A DNA stretch of 64,000 bases, from assembly GCA_965217865.1 (NCBI GenBank), contig CBDCJO010000002.1, positions 1,728,001-1,792,000 on the forward strand, written 5' to 3'. The DNA comes from Candidatus Latescibacterota bacterium (lineage in GTDB: Bacteria > Latescibacterota > UBA2968 > SICM01). Position 1 is the first letter of the stretch. Each line of letters opens with the position of its first letter. The position numbers and the translations under genes are program-made. Positions 1-9,716 of this stretch are shown in pieces. The notes under the pieces were generated by a model. The model was given only the letters and a program-made list of their open reading frames with translations. It ran no database searches and had not been told where the DNA came from.

Positions 1-933
1 GCGTCGTTCTCCCGCCTGGACGAATGTGAGCTTGTCGCCCTTGCGGCTCGGAATCCTCAAACCGGTCCTCCCCTCGCCCAGCGCTACGAGGTCTCCCTGC
101 ACACAGATTGGCGAGATCTGGTCGCGCGGAAGGATCTGGATGCAGTGCTCGTCCTCACCCACAATGAGAGCCACGGTCCGATCGCTCTCGGGGCCATGGA
201 GACAGGTAAACACGTGTTTATGGAATATCCGCTTGCCCGCCGGCTGGAGGAAGGTGAGCGTCTGGTGGATCGGGCGGAATCCACGGGGTGCGTCCTACGT
301 TTAACGCACAACGAGCCCCTCTCTGCGGCGCACCGCATGCTCAAACAGGAGGTCAGTACGCTCGGGCAACTGTTGACCGCGATCTTTGTGCGCCTGACAC
401 CGGGTCGCGGGGGACGGCCGGAGATCTTGTTCAACCTGAACATTTCAGGTCCTCCGGTCCTGTTTTTCATCTACCATATCTATCCCCTCGTGGATCTGTT
501 CGGCCCAGCGGAGTGGGTGGAGGGCCACGCGGAGTATGTGGGAATGAAATCATCCGGCCAGTATGAACGGTTTGTCAATACGGTGAGCGTGGGATTCACG
601 CAAGGTGGCCTGGGGAATTGGACGTGGGCGGGTGGGATTGCCATCCAGGCCGCCGAAGAGTTCCAACGAGGGTTCTTGCTCGTTGAGGGAACACTGATCC
701 GGCAGGGTGGACGCTGGTGCCGGTCCAATTCCGAAGGGTTGGAGGAGTTGGAGGTCCCTGATGAGGAAACGGGGCGTTCCCTCGAGAAATTATTTCTCAA
801 TGAGGTCAATGGCAAAGAGACGCTCTGGCGGGAGGATATGGGACGGGCGCTAGATGCGATTCGAATCAGCCTGGCCGCTGAAACGTCCGTCCGGGAAGGT
901 CGGAGGGTCCAAGTAAGGGAAAATGAAAAATGA
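1..933 (+). CDS. Gfo/Idh/MocA-family oxidoreductase, 5' end outside the window
   Basis: Frame is open from base 1 (ASFSRLDECELVALAARN...DWRDLVARKDLDAVLVLTHNESH...GKHVFMEYPLA). Stop overlaps the next ATG. Confidence 0.85.
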   Translation, partial: ASFSRLDECELVALAARNPQTGPPLAQRYEVSLHTDWRDLVARKDLDAVLVLTHNESHGPIALGAMETGKHVFMEYPLARRLEEGERLVDRAESTGCVLRLTHNEPLSAAHRMLKQEVSTLGQLLTAIFVRLTPGRGGRPEILFNLNISGPPVLFFIYHIYPLVDLFGPAEWVEGHAEYVGMKSSGQYERFVNTVSVGFTQGGLGNWTWAGGIAIQAAEEFQRGFLLVEGTLIRQGGRWCRSNSEGLEELEVPDEETGRSLEKLFLNEVNGKETLWREDMGRALDAIRISLAAETSVREGRRVQVRENEK

Positions 934-3053
934 AAAATGAAAATTGGAGCCGAACCTTGGTAAGATCCTTTTTTTCGATGATCGTGTTGATCGCGACGAT
1001 CATCACGGATATTCAAGCTGCAGAGGAATCGGAGGAGGGGAGCGAAATCCCCGTCTATACGGTCGAAGGTTTGGTGGTCACGGGGGAAAAAATTCCGGAG
1101 GCCAACACCATCGCAACAAAGGTTCCGACTCCGATTCGTCTGACGCCCGCGAGTGTGAGTGTGGTTAAGCGGTCCCTGTTCGAAAGGCAAGAGGCCGCGA
1201 TTCTTGGAGATGCCCTCAAAAACATTAGTGGCGTCAACGTCCAGACCGGATTCGGAGTGCATGACTTCTTTGTCATTCGCGGTTTTGATTCTCTGGACAA
1301 CGGGCTTGTGCTTACGGATGGGGCCGCGGAACCGGAAGCCACCTTTTATCACCTGTACAACGTCGACCGGGTTGAGGTTTTGAAAGGGCCGGCAGCCTTT
1401 TTGTATGGGGGGAATCCGCTTTCCGGAGCAGTCAATCTGACCCGGAAGCAACCCGTTTTCAAAAACTTTTCACGCATCGCGGGTTCCTTCGGCCGGTTCC
1501 AATCCTACCGGGGAAGCATGGATCTTGGAATGGCGAACCCGAAGGCCGGAACGGCTTTTCGTCTGAACGCCTTTTTTCAGGATTCAGATCATTACCGGGA
1601 TGAGAAGAAGAACTCCAGCGTCGGAATCAATCCGGGTTTTACGTGGCGGATCGGACACCATAGTTCCCTCGGTTTCAATTTTGAGTTTGCAAGAAATGAA
1701 TTCCGATCCGACTCCGGGTTGCCTCTCATTGACAATAAAATACCCGATGTTCCCAGGACCCGTTCTTACCAAACCCCGTTTGATATATCCAACCAGAAGA
1801 TATACCGGTTCCGGATCGATTTCAGATCGCGGATCCACGAATCCCTTTCCATTCGCAACAAGCTCTATTGCACCGATTTCGACTGGGTGTCCCGGGGTAC
1901 GCTTTTTAACGGATCCATCCCAAAGGGAGGGGGGTCGGTTGATCTCATTCGTTCGCTGTTGATTTTGGACGACCATCAGAAGCTCACCGGGAATCAGCTC
2001 GAAGTCCTCTTATCGTTCCAATCGGGCACCTTCGAGCATCGGCTCCTGACCGGTTTCGAGTTCAACCGATGGGCCGACCGATTCACCCTGGATGTCGCCG
2101 CTCTTCCGACCATCGACTTGCTCGATCCGGTGGAGACAGCCCGCAAACCATTTGCAATCATCCCGAGTCAATCGTCTTCGGCGGATGCGCGCAGCATGGT
2201 TTTCGCCCCCTATATTGTCGAGCAGGTCGTATTTCCGGGTCGAAATCGGCTGTTTCTGGGAGGGCGCCTCGATGGGATCGATTACAAAGACCCGGTCACA
2301 GACACCCATCGAACATATCGCAAGCTCAGCCCGATGCTTGGATTTGTCAGCGAACCGATCAAAAACCTCTCGCTTTATGCCAATGGCGGCCGTGCCTTTG
2401 CGCCCCCTTCCAGCCGGGTCGTGGGCGACCGTGAGGCCGAAGAGAGCACACAGTTCGAGGTCGGTCTCAAAAACGGACTCCTGGACGAGAGGCTGAACGC
2501 CACGCTGGCTTTCTATCGTTTGAAGAAGGACAATATCGCGATTGCGGACGAGAGCGGCATTTTAAGCCAAACCGGCGACCAGCGATCCAGCGGAATGGAG
2601 CTTGAAATTGCGGCACGCCCGGGGCCGAACTGGCATGCCTTTTTGACGTATGCTTACATCGACGCGGAGTTGACCCGTTTTAAACAGAGTGTGGTTGTTC
2701 CCACCCCCGGCGGAATGGTTTTTCAGGTCTTGGACCGTTCGGGGAATAGACCCGCTTTCTCCCCCAGACACCTTCTAAATATTTGGACGGATGTGGAATT
2801 CGGGAATGACGTGGGAATCGGTGGGGGGATGCGTTACGTGGGCCCTCAGTTCGTCTCCGAGGAAAACCTTTCAAAAGTTAACGGTGTTGTGACGTTCGAT
2901 GCCATGTTCACGTATAACCCCGTACATTGGGGATGGCGTTTGAGTTTTAAAAATCTTACGAACCAGAAGTACGAGACAAGGGGATTCGGATCGTTTTCAG
3001 TCATTCCGGCGACCCCTTTTGCAGTTTACGGGTCGATCGCCTTGAGGTTGTGA
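930..3053 (+). CDS. TonB-dependent receptor (siderophore-receptor-like)
   Basis: Signal peptide, plug (TPASVSVV, IRGF, VDRVEVLKGPAAFLYG), C-terminal NLTNQKY strand. Confidence 0.93.
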   Translation: MKNENWSRTLVRSFFSMIVLIATIITDIQAAEESEEGSEIPVYTVEGLVVTGEKIPEANTIATKVPTPIRLTPASVSVVKRSLFERQEAAILGDALKNISGVNVQTGFGVHDFFVIRGFDSLDNGLVLTDGAAEPEATFYHLYNVDRVEVLKGPAAFLYGGNPLSGAVNLTRKQPVFKNFSRIAGSFGRFQSYRGSMDLGMANPKAGTAFRLNAFFQDSDHYRDEKKNSSVGINPGFTWRIGHHSSLGFNFEFARNEFRSDSGLPLIDNKIPDVPRTRSYQTPFDISNQKIYRFRIDFRSRIHESLSIRNKLYCTDFDWVSRGTLFNGSIPKGGGSVDLIRSLLILDDHQKLTGNQLEVLLSFQSGTFEHRLLTGFEFNRWADRFTLDVAALPTIDLLDPVETARKPFAIIPSQSSSADARSMVFAPYIVEQVVFPGRNRLFLGGRLDGIDYKDPVTDTHRTYRKLSPMLGFVSEPIKNLSLYANGGRAFAPPSSRVVGDREAEESTQFEVGLKNGLLDERLNATLAFYRLKKDNIAIADESGILSQTGDQRSSGMELEIAARPGPNWHAFLTYAYIDAELTRFKQSVVVPTPGGMVFQVLDRSGNRPAFSPRHLLNIWTDVEFGNDVGIGGGMRYVGPQFVSEENLSKVNGVVTFDAMFTYNPVHWGWRLSFKNLTNQKYETRGFGSFSVIPATPFAVYGSIALRL

Positions 3054-3646
3054 ATTTGAATCACCAAGACCTTGCCGCCAATAATCTGAACAGTCTCTTC
3101 GTCGCCCAATCGAGAAAACCGGCTCAACTCAGGGAGATCCAGCTGGATAGGCTTTCCCCGTTTCAAAGGGCCCTGTTAGTCGTTGATAGCGTAACCCAGT
3201 TCATCGAAGCGTATGCGATGGAGCCGGTCGAGATCCTCCTGGTTACACAGAGGACCTTTCAGCTTCCCACGGATCATGAATTGCTCGAGGCAGCGGGGGG
3301 GACGGATGTTGTTTCTCGAACTGTTCTGTTAAGAGGAAAAGCCAGCTCAACGCCATTCGCTTACGCGGAGTCGCTCCTCGTTCAGGACCGGCTTCCGGAT
3401 CCCATCAGAAAGGGTCTTGAAACCGAAGGGAAAGGTCTCGGCCTCCTGCTGCGCCGCAACCGGATTGAGACCCATCGGGAAATGCTATGGTACGGTATGG
3501 AAAAGGGGAGGGAACTGCCAGCTCCGATCCGCCACCTGGAGGGCGAACCGATCATCGATCGCACGTACCGGATCATTGCAGGGGGACGGCCCATGATGCA
3601 GATCAGCGAAAAATTCCCTGCGGTCGAAATTCAAACTCAATTATAA
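3050..3646 (+). CDS. Chorismate pyruvate-lyase-like protein (UbiC/DUF98 type, 4-hydroxybenzoate synthase)
   Basis: LSPFQRALLV-D-SVTQFIE, RTVLLRG, FAYAESL, LGLLL...IETHRE, RTYRII..GRPMMQISEKFP. Confidence 0.8.
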   Translation: MNLNHQDLAANNLNSLFVAQSRKPAQLREIQLDRLSPFQRALLVVDSVTQFIEAYAMEPVEILLVTQRTFQLPTDHELLEAAGGTDVVSRTVLLRGKASSTPFAYAESLLVQDRLPDPIRKGLETEGKGLGLLLRRNRIETHREMLWYGMEKGRELPAPIRHLEGEPIIDRTYRIIAGGRPMMQISEKFPAVEIQTQL

Positions 3647-4944
3647 TGGGAACAAATATATCCGACCCTTTCTCCGAGACGCTTGATCCTGACCGATTGG
3701 TTCAACACCAGCTCGATCGGTTCCAGGTGATGCTCCCGGAAATTTTGAAATCCAATGGGTTCTATCGAAAAAAACTCAGAGCCGCGGGGGTCAATAACCC
3801 GGGGGAGATTCAGGGGTTTGACGATTTTCGCGGTTTGCCTTTCACGACTAAGGACGAGCTTTCGTCCGATCAACGGGATCATCCGCCTTACGGAACGAAT
3901 CTCACCTTTCCCGTGGATCGTTATATCCGCATCCATCAAACTTCGGGTACGAGGGGCGATCCTTTGCGATGGTTGGACACCGAGGAGAGTTGGGGATGGT
4001 GGGGGCGTTGCTGGGAAGCTGTCTACCACGCTGCGGGGGTGCGCTCGGAGGACCGGATTTTTTTCGCTTTTTCATTCGGCCCTTTCATCGGATTCTGGAG
4101 CGGTTACGAAGGGGCCCGTACTCTCGGTATGATGTCTATTGCGGGAGGAGGAATGTCCTCCGAGCAGCGATTGAAGGCCATCTTTGAAAACGAAGCGTCC
4201 GTTCTGATTTCTACGCCGACATATGCCTTACACCTGGCGGAGGTCGCTAGAAGAGAGGGTCGAAATCCCCGGGATTCTAAGATTCGGATCACGATTCAAG
4301 CCGGGGAAGCGGGCGCCAGCCTTCCGGCGACCAGAAAGCGGATCGAAAAGGCCTGGGGTGCCCGATGCTACGACCATGCAGGGGCCACTGAGGTGGGTGC
4401 CTGGGGATTCGGGTGCAAGATCCAGTCCGGGCTCCACCTGAATGAAGGGGAATTCATCGGCGAGGTGATCGACCCATCGACAGGGGACCCGGTGAATGAT
4501 GGAGAACTCGTCATCACAAACCTGGGGCGGGTCGGATCCCCCGTTATCCGTTTTCGGACAGGCGACAGAGTGCAATTGGAAGACTCTTCCTGCCCCTGCG
4601 GGCGGACCTTCAGGCGTTTTGCCCGAGGGGTCACCGGACGGATCGACGATGCGCTGACCGTGCGAGGGAATACGATTTTCCCAAGCGCTCTGGAGGATAT
4701 CGTTCGTGGATACCCTGACGTCGAAGAGTTTTCAGTGAACATCTATCGGAGAAAAGAACTGGATGAAATGGATATCCGGATCGAGCTCCACGACGATCGG
4801 TCCGGAACCATCGTCTCTGATGTTGCCAGATCAATTAGGAATGCATTTGGATTTCGTGCCCGCGTGATACCCGTCCCACAAGGCACATTGCCGCGATTCG
4901 AACACAAGGCAAATCGTTTCAAAGACGACCGCAAGCCAGGTTGA
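3646..4944 (+). CDS. Phenylacetate-CoA ligase (PaaK)-family aryl-CoA ligase
   Basis: LPFTTKDEL, HQTSGTRG, STPTYALHLAE, DHAGATE, GELVITNLGR, RFRTGD, LPRFEHKA. ATG overlaps the upstream TAA. Confidence 0.9.
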   Translation: MGTNISDPFSETLDPDRLVQHQLDRFQVMLPEILKSNGFYRKKLRAAGVNNPGEIQGFDDFRGLPFTTKDELSSDQRDHPPYGTNLTFPVDRYIRIHQTSGTRGDPLRWLDTEESWGWWGRCWEAVYHAAGVRSEDRIFFAFSFGPFIGFWSGYEGARTLGMMSIAGGGMSSEQRLKAIFENEASVLISTPTYALHLAEVARREGRNPRDSKIRITIQAGEAGASLPATRKRIEKAWGARCYDHAGATEVGAWGFGCKIQSGLHLNEGEFIGEVIDPSTGDPVNDGELVITNLGRVGSPVIRFRTGDRVQLEDSSCPCGRTFRRFARGVTGRIDDALTVRGNTIFPSALEDIVRGYPDVEEFSVNIYRRKELDEMDIRIELHDDRSGTIVSDVARSIRNAFGFRARVIPVPQGTLPRFEHKANRFKDDRKPG

Positions 4945-4976
4945 AGGTTGCGGGATCCTGGAAAGACCGGATAAAG

Positions 4977-6245
4977 ATGCCTATGGGAACTGCCAATCGT
5001 GATTCCTACGATGTCATCGTCATCGGAGGAGGACCGGCCGGAAGCACTACCGCAGCCCTGGTCGCGGAGAAGGGGCATTCGGTTCTCCTTCTGGAGCGAG
5101 ATCCCCTTCCCCGTTTCAAAATCGGCGAGTCCCTGATGCCTGCCACTTATTGGACATTCAAACGGCTGGGTGTCCTGGACGGGTTGAAGGCGAGTCTCTA
5201 TCCAAAAAAATACAGTGTCCAATTTTTTTCGGGATCCGGGATGGGTTCTGCGCCTTTCTATTTTTTTGAGGATGATCCCCACGAGTGCTCCGTTACGTGG
5301 CAGGTTCTACGGAGCGAGTTCGATGAGATGTTGCTCGAAAACGCACGGGAAAAGGGTGCTGAGATCCGCCGTGGGGTAAGCGCTCGCGATGTTTTGTTTC
5401 ACGGAGAACAGGCGGTTGGGGTCCGGGCCATAATCCCGGAAGGGAAAGAGGTGAATTTCGCAGCAAGCGTTGTTGTGGATGCGAGCGGTCAAGGCGCTCT
5501 GGTCTCTCGAAAATTGAAGAGCAAAACCGCTGACCCAAACCTGAAAAAGGCTTCCGTATTCACCCATTTCAAAGGGAGCCACCGAGACAAGGGGATCGAT
5601 GAGGGCGCGACATTGATTCTCCATACCGAGAATAAAGATTCGTGGTTCTGGTATATTCCCCTGTCCGAGAACCGGGCAAGCGTGGGCGTTGTGGGGGAGC
5701 TTGACTACCTGCTTCGGGATCGGCAGGATTCGCCTCAAATGATTTTCGAGGATGAACTCGAGAGATGTCAGGCCCTCAAGCGACGGTTGGCCGGCGCAGA
5801 GCAGGTATTTCCGGCCAAAGTCACGCAGGATTTCTCCTATCGTTCCAGCCGCATCGCGGGACATGGCTGGGTCCTGGTTGGGGATGCATTCGGCTTTTTG
5901 GATCCCATCTATTCCTCCGGGGTTTTTTTGGCGCTCAAGTCCGGAGAACTCGCCGCAGACGCCATAAATCTCGCACTTGAGGATGACTGCTTCACGGAAG
6001 ATCGGTTGGGAGGGTTCGCACCGGAACTTATCGGCGGAATGGAGAATATCCGAAGGTTGATCTATGCGTTTTACACGAAGGACTTCAGTTTTTCAGAGTT
6101 TCTTATGGAATTTCCGGAGTGCAGGCAAGGGATCGTCGACATCCTCAGCGGTAATATTTTTAAAGAGGGGATCGGGGAAATCTTTCCGAAAATGGATAAG
6201 ATGTGCAGTGACAGTAGCAGTGGCAGTAGCAGGGAAAACCAGTAA
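4977..6245 (+). CDS. Flavin-dependent halogenase-like FAD oxidoreductase
   Basis: GGGPAG FAD motif, PRFKIGES, PKKYSVQF (candidate catalytic Lys), WFWYIP (WxWxIP), GDAFGFLDPIYSSGV. Confidence 0.8.
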   Translation: MPMGTANRDSYDVIVIGGGPAGSTTAALVAEKGHSVLLLERDPLPRFKIGESLMPATYWTFKRLGVLDGLKASLYPKKYSVQFFSGSGMGSAPFYFFEDDPHECSVTWQVLRSEFDEMLLENAREKGAEIRRGVSARDVLFHGEQAVGVRAIIPEGKEVNFAASVVVDASGQGALVSRKLKSKTADPNLKKASVFTHFKGSHRDKGIDEGATLILHTENKDSWFWYIPLSENRASVGVVGELDYLLRDRQDSPQMIFEDELERCQALKRRLAGAEQVFPAKVTQDFSYRSSRIAGHGWVLVGDAFGFLDPIYSSGVFLALKSGELAADAINLALEDDCFTEDRLGGFAPELIGGMENIRRLIYAFYTKDFSFSEFLMEFPECRQGIVDILSGNIFKEGIGEIFPKMDKMCSDSSSGSSRENQ

Positions 6246-6682
6246 GCAGTTAGCAATAGCAACGGCAGGACAAAGGAGATAAGGATGTCGGGGAGTTTTA
6301 AAGATTTAAAAGTTTACCAAATGGCATATGAGTTGGCTATGGAAATTTTTGAACTTACCAAAAGCTTTCCGAAAGATGAAGCTTACTCCTTAACTAATCA
6401 GATTAGACGTTCTTCTCGTTCAGTATGTTCAAATATTGCAGAAGGGTATAGAAAACGCCGCTATCAAAAAATTTTGCTTTAAAAATGTCCGACGCAGATT
6501 CCGAATCCAGTGAAACCCTGGTCTGGTTAGATTTTTCAAAAGACTACGGGTACATTAATGATGATGTATATCAGTCGCTGTTAGTTAAGTACGAAGAGGT
6601 GGGAAGAATGTTAGGGGGAATGGCCGACCATCCTGGTCGCTTTACGCCCAAAGATGATTTTCCTGCTTCTGCCACTGCTACT
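6213..6682. repeat. Inverted repeat arms (6213-6238 / 6658-6682) built from GCAGTR hexamers, flanking the four-helix-bundle gene
   Basis: agtagcagtggcagtagcagggaaaa versus ttttcctgcttctgccactgctact: reverse complements apart from 1 mismatch and 1 gap. Confidence 0.85.
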
Positions 6683-6703
6683 TATTTCGAAGAGAATGAG
6701 TAA
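6285..6703 (+). pseudogene. Four-helix-bundle protein (23S rRNA intervening-sequence protein family), frameshifted
   Basis: FKDLKVYQ...FPKDEAYSLTNQIRRSSRSVCSNIAEG, then SDADSESSETLVWLDFSKDYGYI. One extra A in the A6 run at about 6465-6471 restores a single ORF, so this may be a sequencing error. Confidence 0.85.
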
Positions 6704-6712
6704 AAACGGTGT

Positions 6713-6958
6713 ATGAAATCCCGAAAGGACGAGATGAAAAAAAATATTCCGAGAGGACTGCTCTATCTGGCGTTTTTCGTGCTCTATCTGCTTCACAACG
6801 ATCTCTGGTTTTGGCATGATCCAAGCCTGGTGTTGGGGATACCGATCGGGTTGATCTATCACATCGGGTTCTGCGTGGCGGCCTCGATATTGATGATTCT
6901 GCTGGTCAACTTTGCGTGGCCCCGGAATCTGCATGCCAACGGGGAAAGGGGAAAATGA
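6713..6958 (+). CDS. DUF3311-like small membrane protein (symporter partner)
   Basis: LLHNDLWFW...LVLGIPIGLIYH, two TM helices; overlaps the symporter start. Confidence 0.75.
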   Translation: MKSRKDEMKKNIPRGLLYLAFFVLYLLHNDLWFWHDPSLVLGIPIGLIYHIGFCVAASILMILLVNFAWPRNLHANGERGK

Positions 6959-8412
6959 CACTTTCGATAATTATCGCATATCTGGTTCTGGTGCTTCTCA
7001 TCGGCGCCCTGAGCCATCGATTTTTTCGGGGTACGGGTGAGGATTATTTCGTGGCCAGCCGGACGATCGGCCCCTTTCTCCTGTTGATGTCGTTATTCGG
7101 GACCAACATGACGGCATTTGCGATTCTTGGTGCTTCAGGAGAGGCTTATCACGAAGGAATCGGAGTATTCGGACTTATGGCTTCCGCTTCCGCGTTGATT
7201 ATTCCGAGTGTCTTTTTTTTCGTCGGTACCCGGTTATGGTCTCTGGGTAAACGCCATGGATACATCACGCAGGTTCAATATTTCCGGGAACGTTGGGATT
7301 CGGACGGCCTCGGTCTGTTTCTGTTCATCGTTTTGATTGCGCTGGTTGTTCCTTATTTGTTGATCGGTGTGATGGGAGGGGGGATAACGCTTCATCAAAT
7401 CACCGATGGACAGGTGCCGGAGTGGATCGGTGGTCTCCTGGTTTGTGCTGTGGTTTTGACTTATGTCTGCTATGGCGGTATTCGGGGAACGGCCTGGGCA
7501 AATGCCTTCCAAACCCTTGTGTTTATGATCCTGGGGGGGGTGACGTTCTTTGTAATTGTCCATCAAATGGGGGGCCTTTCCCAGGTCGTGTCAGCCGTCG
7601 CAGAACGACATCCCGAATTGCTGATCCGAGGAGATCAGATCACGCCCGTCAAGTTGCTCACCTATACATGCATCCCCCTGTCTGTGGGGATGTTCCCGCA
7701 TATGTTTATGCATTGTCTGACCGCGAGGAGCGCAGAGACATTTCGGTATCCCCTGATGTTCTACCCGATTTGTATTGCGATCGTGTGGATCCCCAGCGTG
7801 CTCCTCGGCATCTTCGGGAACCTGGACTTTCCGGGCCTAAAAGGCCCTGTGGCTAATTCGATTCTGGTGAAGATGATCGATCTTCATGCACCGGGCCTCC
7901 TTGCAGGGCTTTTGGCCGCGGGTGTATTCGCCGCAATCATGTCTTCACTCGATTCACAGGCCTTATCCATTGGAAGTATGTTCACACACGATATCGTCCG
8001 CCACTACGGATTCCGCGATCAGATGAGGGAAGGGCAACAGGTCCTGGTCGGCCGTCTTTTCGTTGTTCTTGTTCTGGCTGTGACCTATTTCCTCTCGCTG
8101 GTCTCCGCGAGAAGTATCTTCAAGCTTGCCATATGGTCATTTACGGGATTTGCAGCCCTATTTCCGGTAGTCGTCGCTGCCCTCTTCTGGAGGCGAAGTA
8201 CTAAATATGGGGCTGTGGCTTCTATAGCGAGCGTCGTCCTCTTATGGACATACTTTTTCATTCAGGGGTGGCAGACCCCCGGCTACACGGTGGGTGGGAC
8301 CGGCGTGATGCCGGTAGCCGTGATTCTGGCCGTATCCAGTGCGGCTATGATTATCGTTTCCATGGCGACCCAGCCCCCGGAGGAATCAATCGTAAGAAAA
8401 TATTTTCCATGA
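6955..8412 (+). CDS. Sodium:solute symporter family protein
   Basis: EDYFVASR, YGGIRGTAWANAFQ, AAIMSSLDSQ; many TM segments. Confidence 0.92.
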   Translation: MTLSIIIAYLVLVLLIGALSHRFFRGTGEDYFVASRTIGPFLLLMSLFGTNMTAFAILGASGEAYHEGIGVFGLMASASALIIPSVFFFVGTRLWSLGKRHGYITQVQYFRERWDSDGLGLFLFIVLIALVVPYLLIGVMGGGITLHQITDGQVPEWIGGLLVCAVVLTYVCYGGIRGTAWANAFQTLVFMILGGVTFFVIVHQMGGLSQVVSAVAERHPELLIRGDQITPVKLLTYTCIPLSVGMFPHMFMHCLTARSAETFRYPLMFYPICIAIVWIPSVLLGIFGNLDFPGLKGPVANSILVKMIDLHAPGLLAGLLAAGVFAAIMSSLDSQALSIGSMFTHDIVRHYGFRDQMREGQQVLVGRLFVVLVLAVTYFLSLVSARSIFKLAIWSFTGFAALFPVVVAALFWRRSTKYGAVASIASVVLLWTYFFIQGWQTPGYTVGGTGVMPVAVILAVSSAAMIIVSMATQPPEESIVRKYFP

Positions 8413-9716
8413 GGATCGCTTTCGTCAGCGCCGGTGCCGGAGGGATGTACTGCGGGAGCTGCATCCACGATAATACCCTCGCTGCGGCTTTGCAGAGGAA
8501 GGGTTGTGATGTCGCCCTTATCCCAACTTATACGCCCCTTCGCACCGATGAAGCCAATGTCAGCATCGATCGGATTTTTTACGGGGGAATGCACGTCTAT
8601 CTCCAGCAGAAGCTTGCCCTCTTCCGACATACCCCCTGGATTCTTGACCGCTTGATGGATCCCCTGGTAAAGGGGTTATCCCGCCTGAACAGCTCTACGG
8701 ACCCCAAAAAACTGGGGGCGCTCACGGTCTCGGTGCTTCAGGGTGAAGAAGGAAGGCAACATAAGGAACTCGAAAAGCTGATCAGCTGGCTGAAGTCATC
8801 TTTCAGGCCGGATATCGTCCACCTCACCAATTCGTTATTCTCGGGGCTTACCAGGAGGATTAAGGAGGAGCTCGGGGTTCCTGTATTGTGCGCGGTTCAG
8901 GGGGAAGATCTATTTCTCGATGGGTTGGCAGAGCCGCACCGGTCTCAGGCGCTAAATCTTGTGCGAGAAAGGGCGATCGATGTCGATGGTTTTATCGCGC
9001 CATGCCGGTTCTATGCGGAATTCATCAAGACATATCTGAAAATCCCCGAGGGAAAGGTTCACGAGGCCAGACTCGGTTTAAACCTTCAGGGCCACGGGAC
9101 AGGCCGTGGACCCGAACCCTCTCCTTTTTCGATCGGATATTTAGCCCGAATATGTCCTGAAAAGGGTCTCCATCTCCTGGTCGAAGCGTTTTATCTTTTG
9201 ACAGAGCGGATCGGGCGGGACAATATTCGCCTGAAAGTTGCAGGCTACCTCGGAGAAAAGGACCGGGCTTACTTCGATGAGTTGAGAAGGCAAATCGATT
9301 TACGGGGATTGGCCGAGTGTTTCGAATATGCTGGGGAGATCGATCGGATTCAGAAGATCGAATTTCTAAACCGGCTGCACGTGCTATCGGTGCCGACCCT
9401 GTTTCAGGATCCGAAGGGACTTTTCATCCTGGAGGCGCTTGCGAATGGCATTCCGGTCGTGCAGCCCCGTCACGGCGCCTTCCCCGAGCTGGTCGAAGCG
9501 ACCGGAGGTGGGATCCTCGTGGAACCAGGGTCACCGGATGCTATTGCAGAGGGGATTCTTCAGCTCCTGGAAGACCCGGAGTACCGGTCCCGACTGGGTC
9601 AAGCAGGGAAGGAGGCCGTGGAGAGGAAGTTCAACGATGCGGTGATGGCGGATGAGACAATAGAGATATATCGAAAATACACGGTTCCATGTCCCAAGGT
9701 TCAGGTTCCGTGTTAA
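8409..9716 (+). CDS. Glycosyltransferase family 4
   Basis: GYLARICPEKGL, PKGLFILEALANGIPVV, GAFPELV; ATGA coupling to the symporter. Confidence 0.9.
   Translation: MRIAFVSAGAGGMYCGSCIHDNTLAAALQRKGCDVALIPTYTPLRTDEANVSIDRIFYGGMHVYLQQKLALFRHTPWILDRLMDPLVKGLSRLNSSTDPKKLGALTVSVLQGEEGRQHKELEKLISWLKSSFRPDIVHLTNSLFSGLTRRIKEELGVPVLCAVQGEDLFLDGLAEPHRSQALNLVRERAIDVDGFIAPCRFYAEFIKTYLKIPEGKVHEARLGLNLQGHGTGRGPEPSPFSIGYLARICPEKGLHLLVEAFYLLTERIGRDNIRLKVAGYLGEKDRAYFDELRRQIDLRGLAECFEYAGEIDRIQKIEFLNRLHVLSVPTLFQDPKGLFILEALANGIPVVQPRHGAFPELVEATGGGILVEPGSPDAIAEGILQLLEDPEYRSRLGQAGKEAVERKFNDAVMADETIEIYRKYTVPCPKVQVPC

Noticed and set aside
3646-4944. Phenylacetate catabolism (paa) operon
   Set aside because: No paaABCDE, paaG or paaZ genes; the context is biosynthetic.
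6460-6485. Programmed frameshift in the four-helix-bundle gene
   Set aside because: A one-base homopolymer error or mutation explains it, and other simple frameshifts occur in the window.
6285-6703. Diversity-generating retroelement (Avd-like gene)
   Set aside because: No reverse transcriptase and no TR/VR pair with adenine-specific mismatches in the window.
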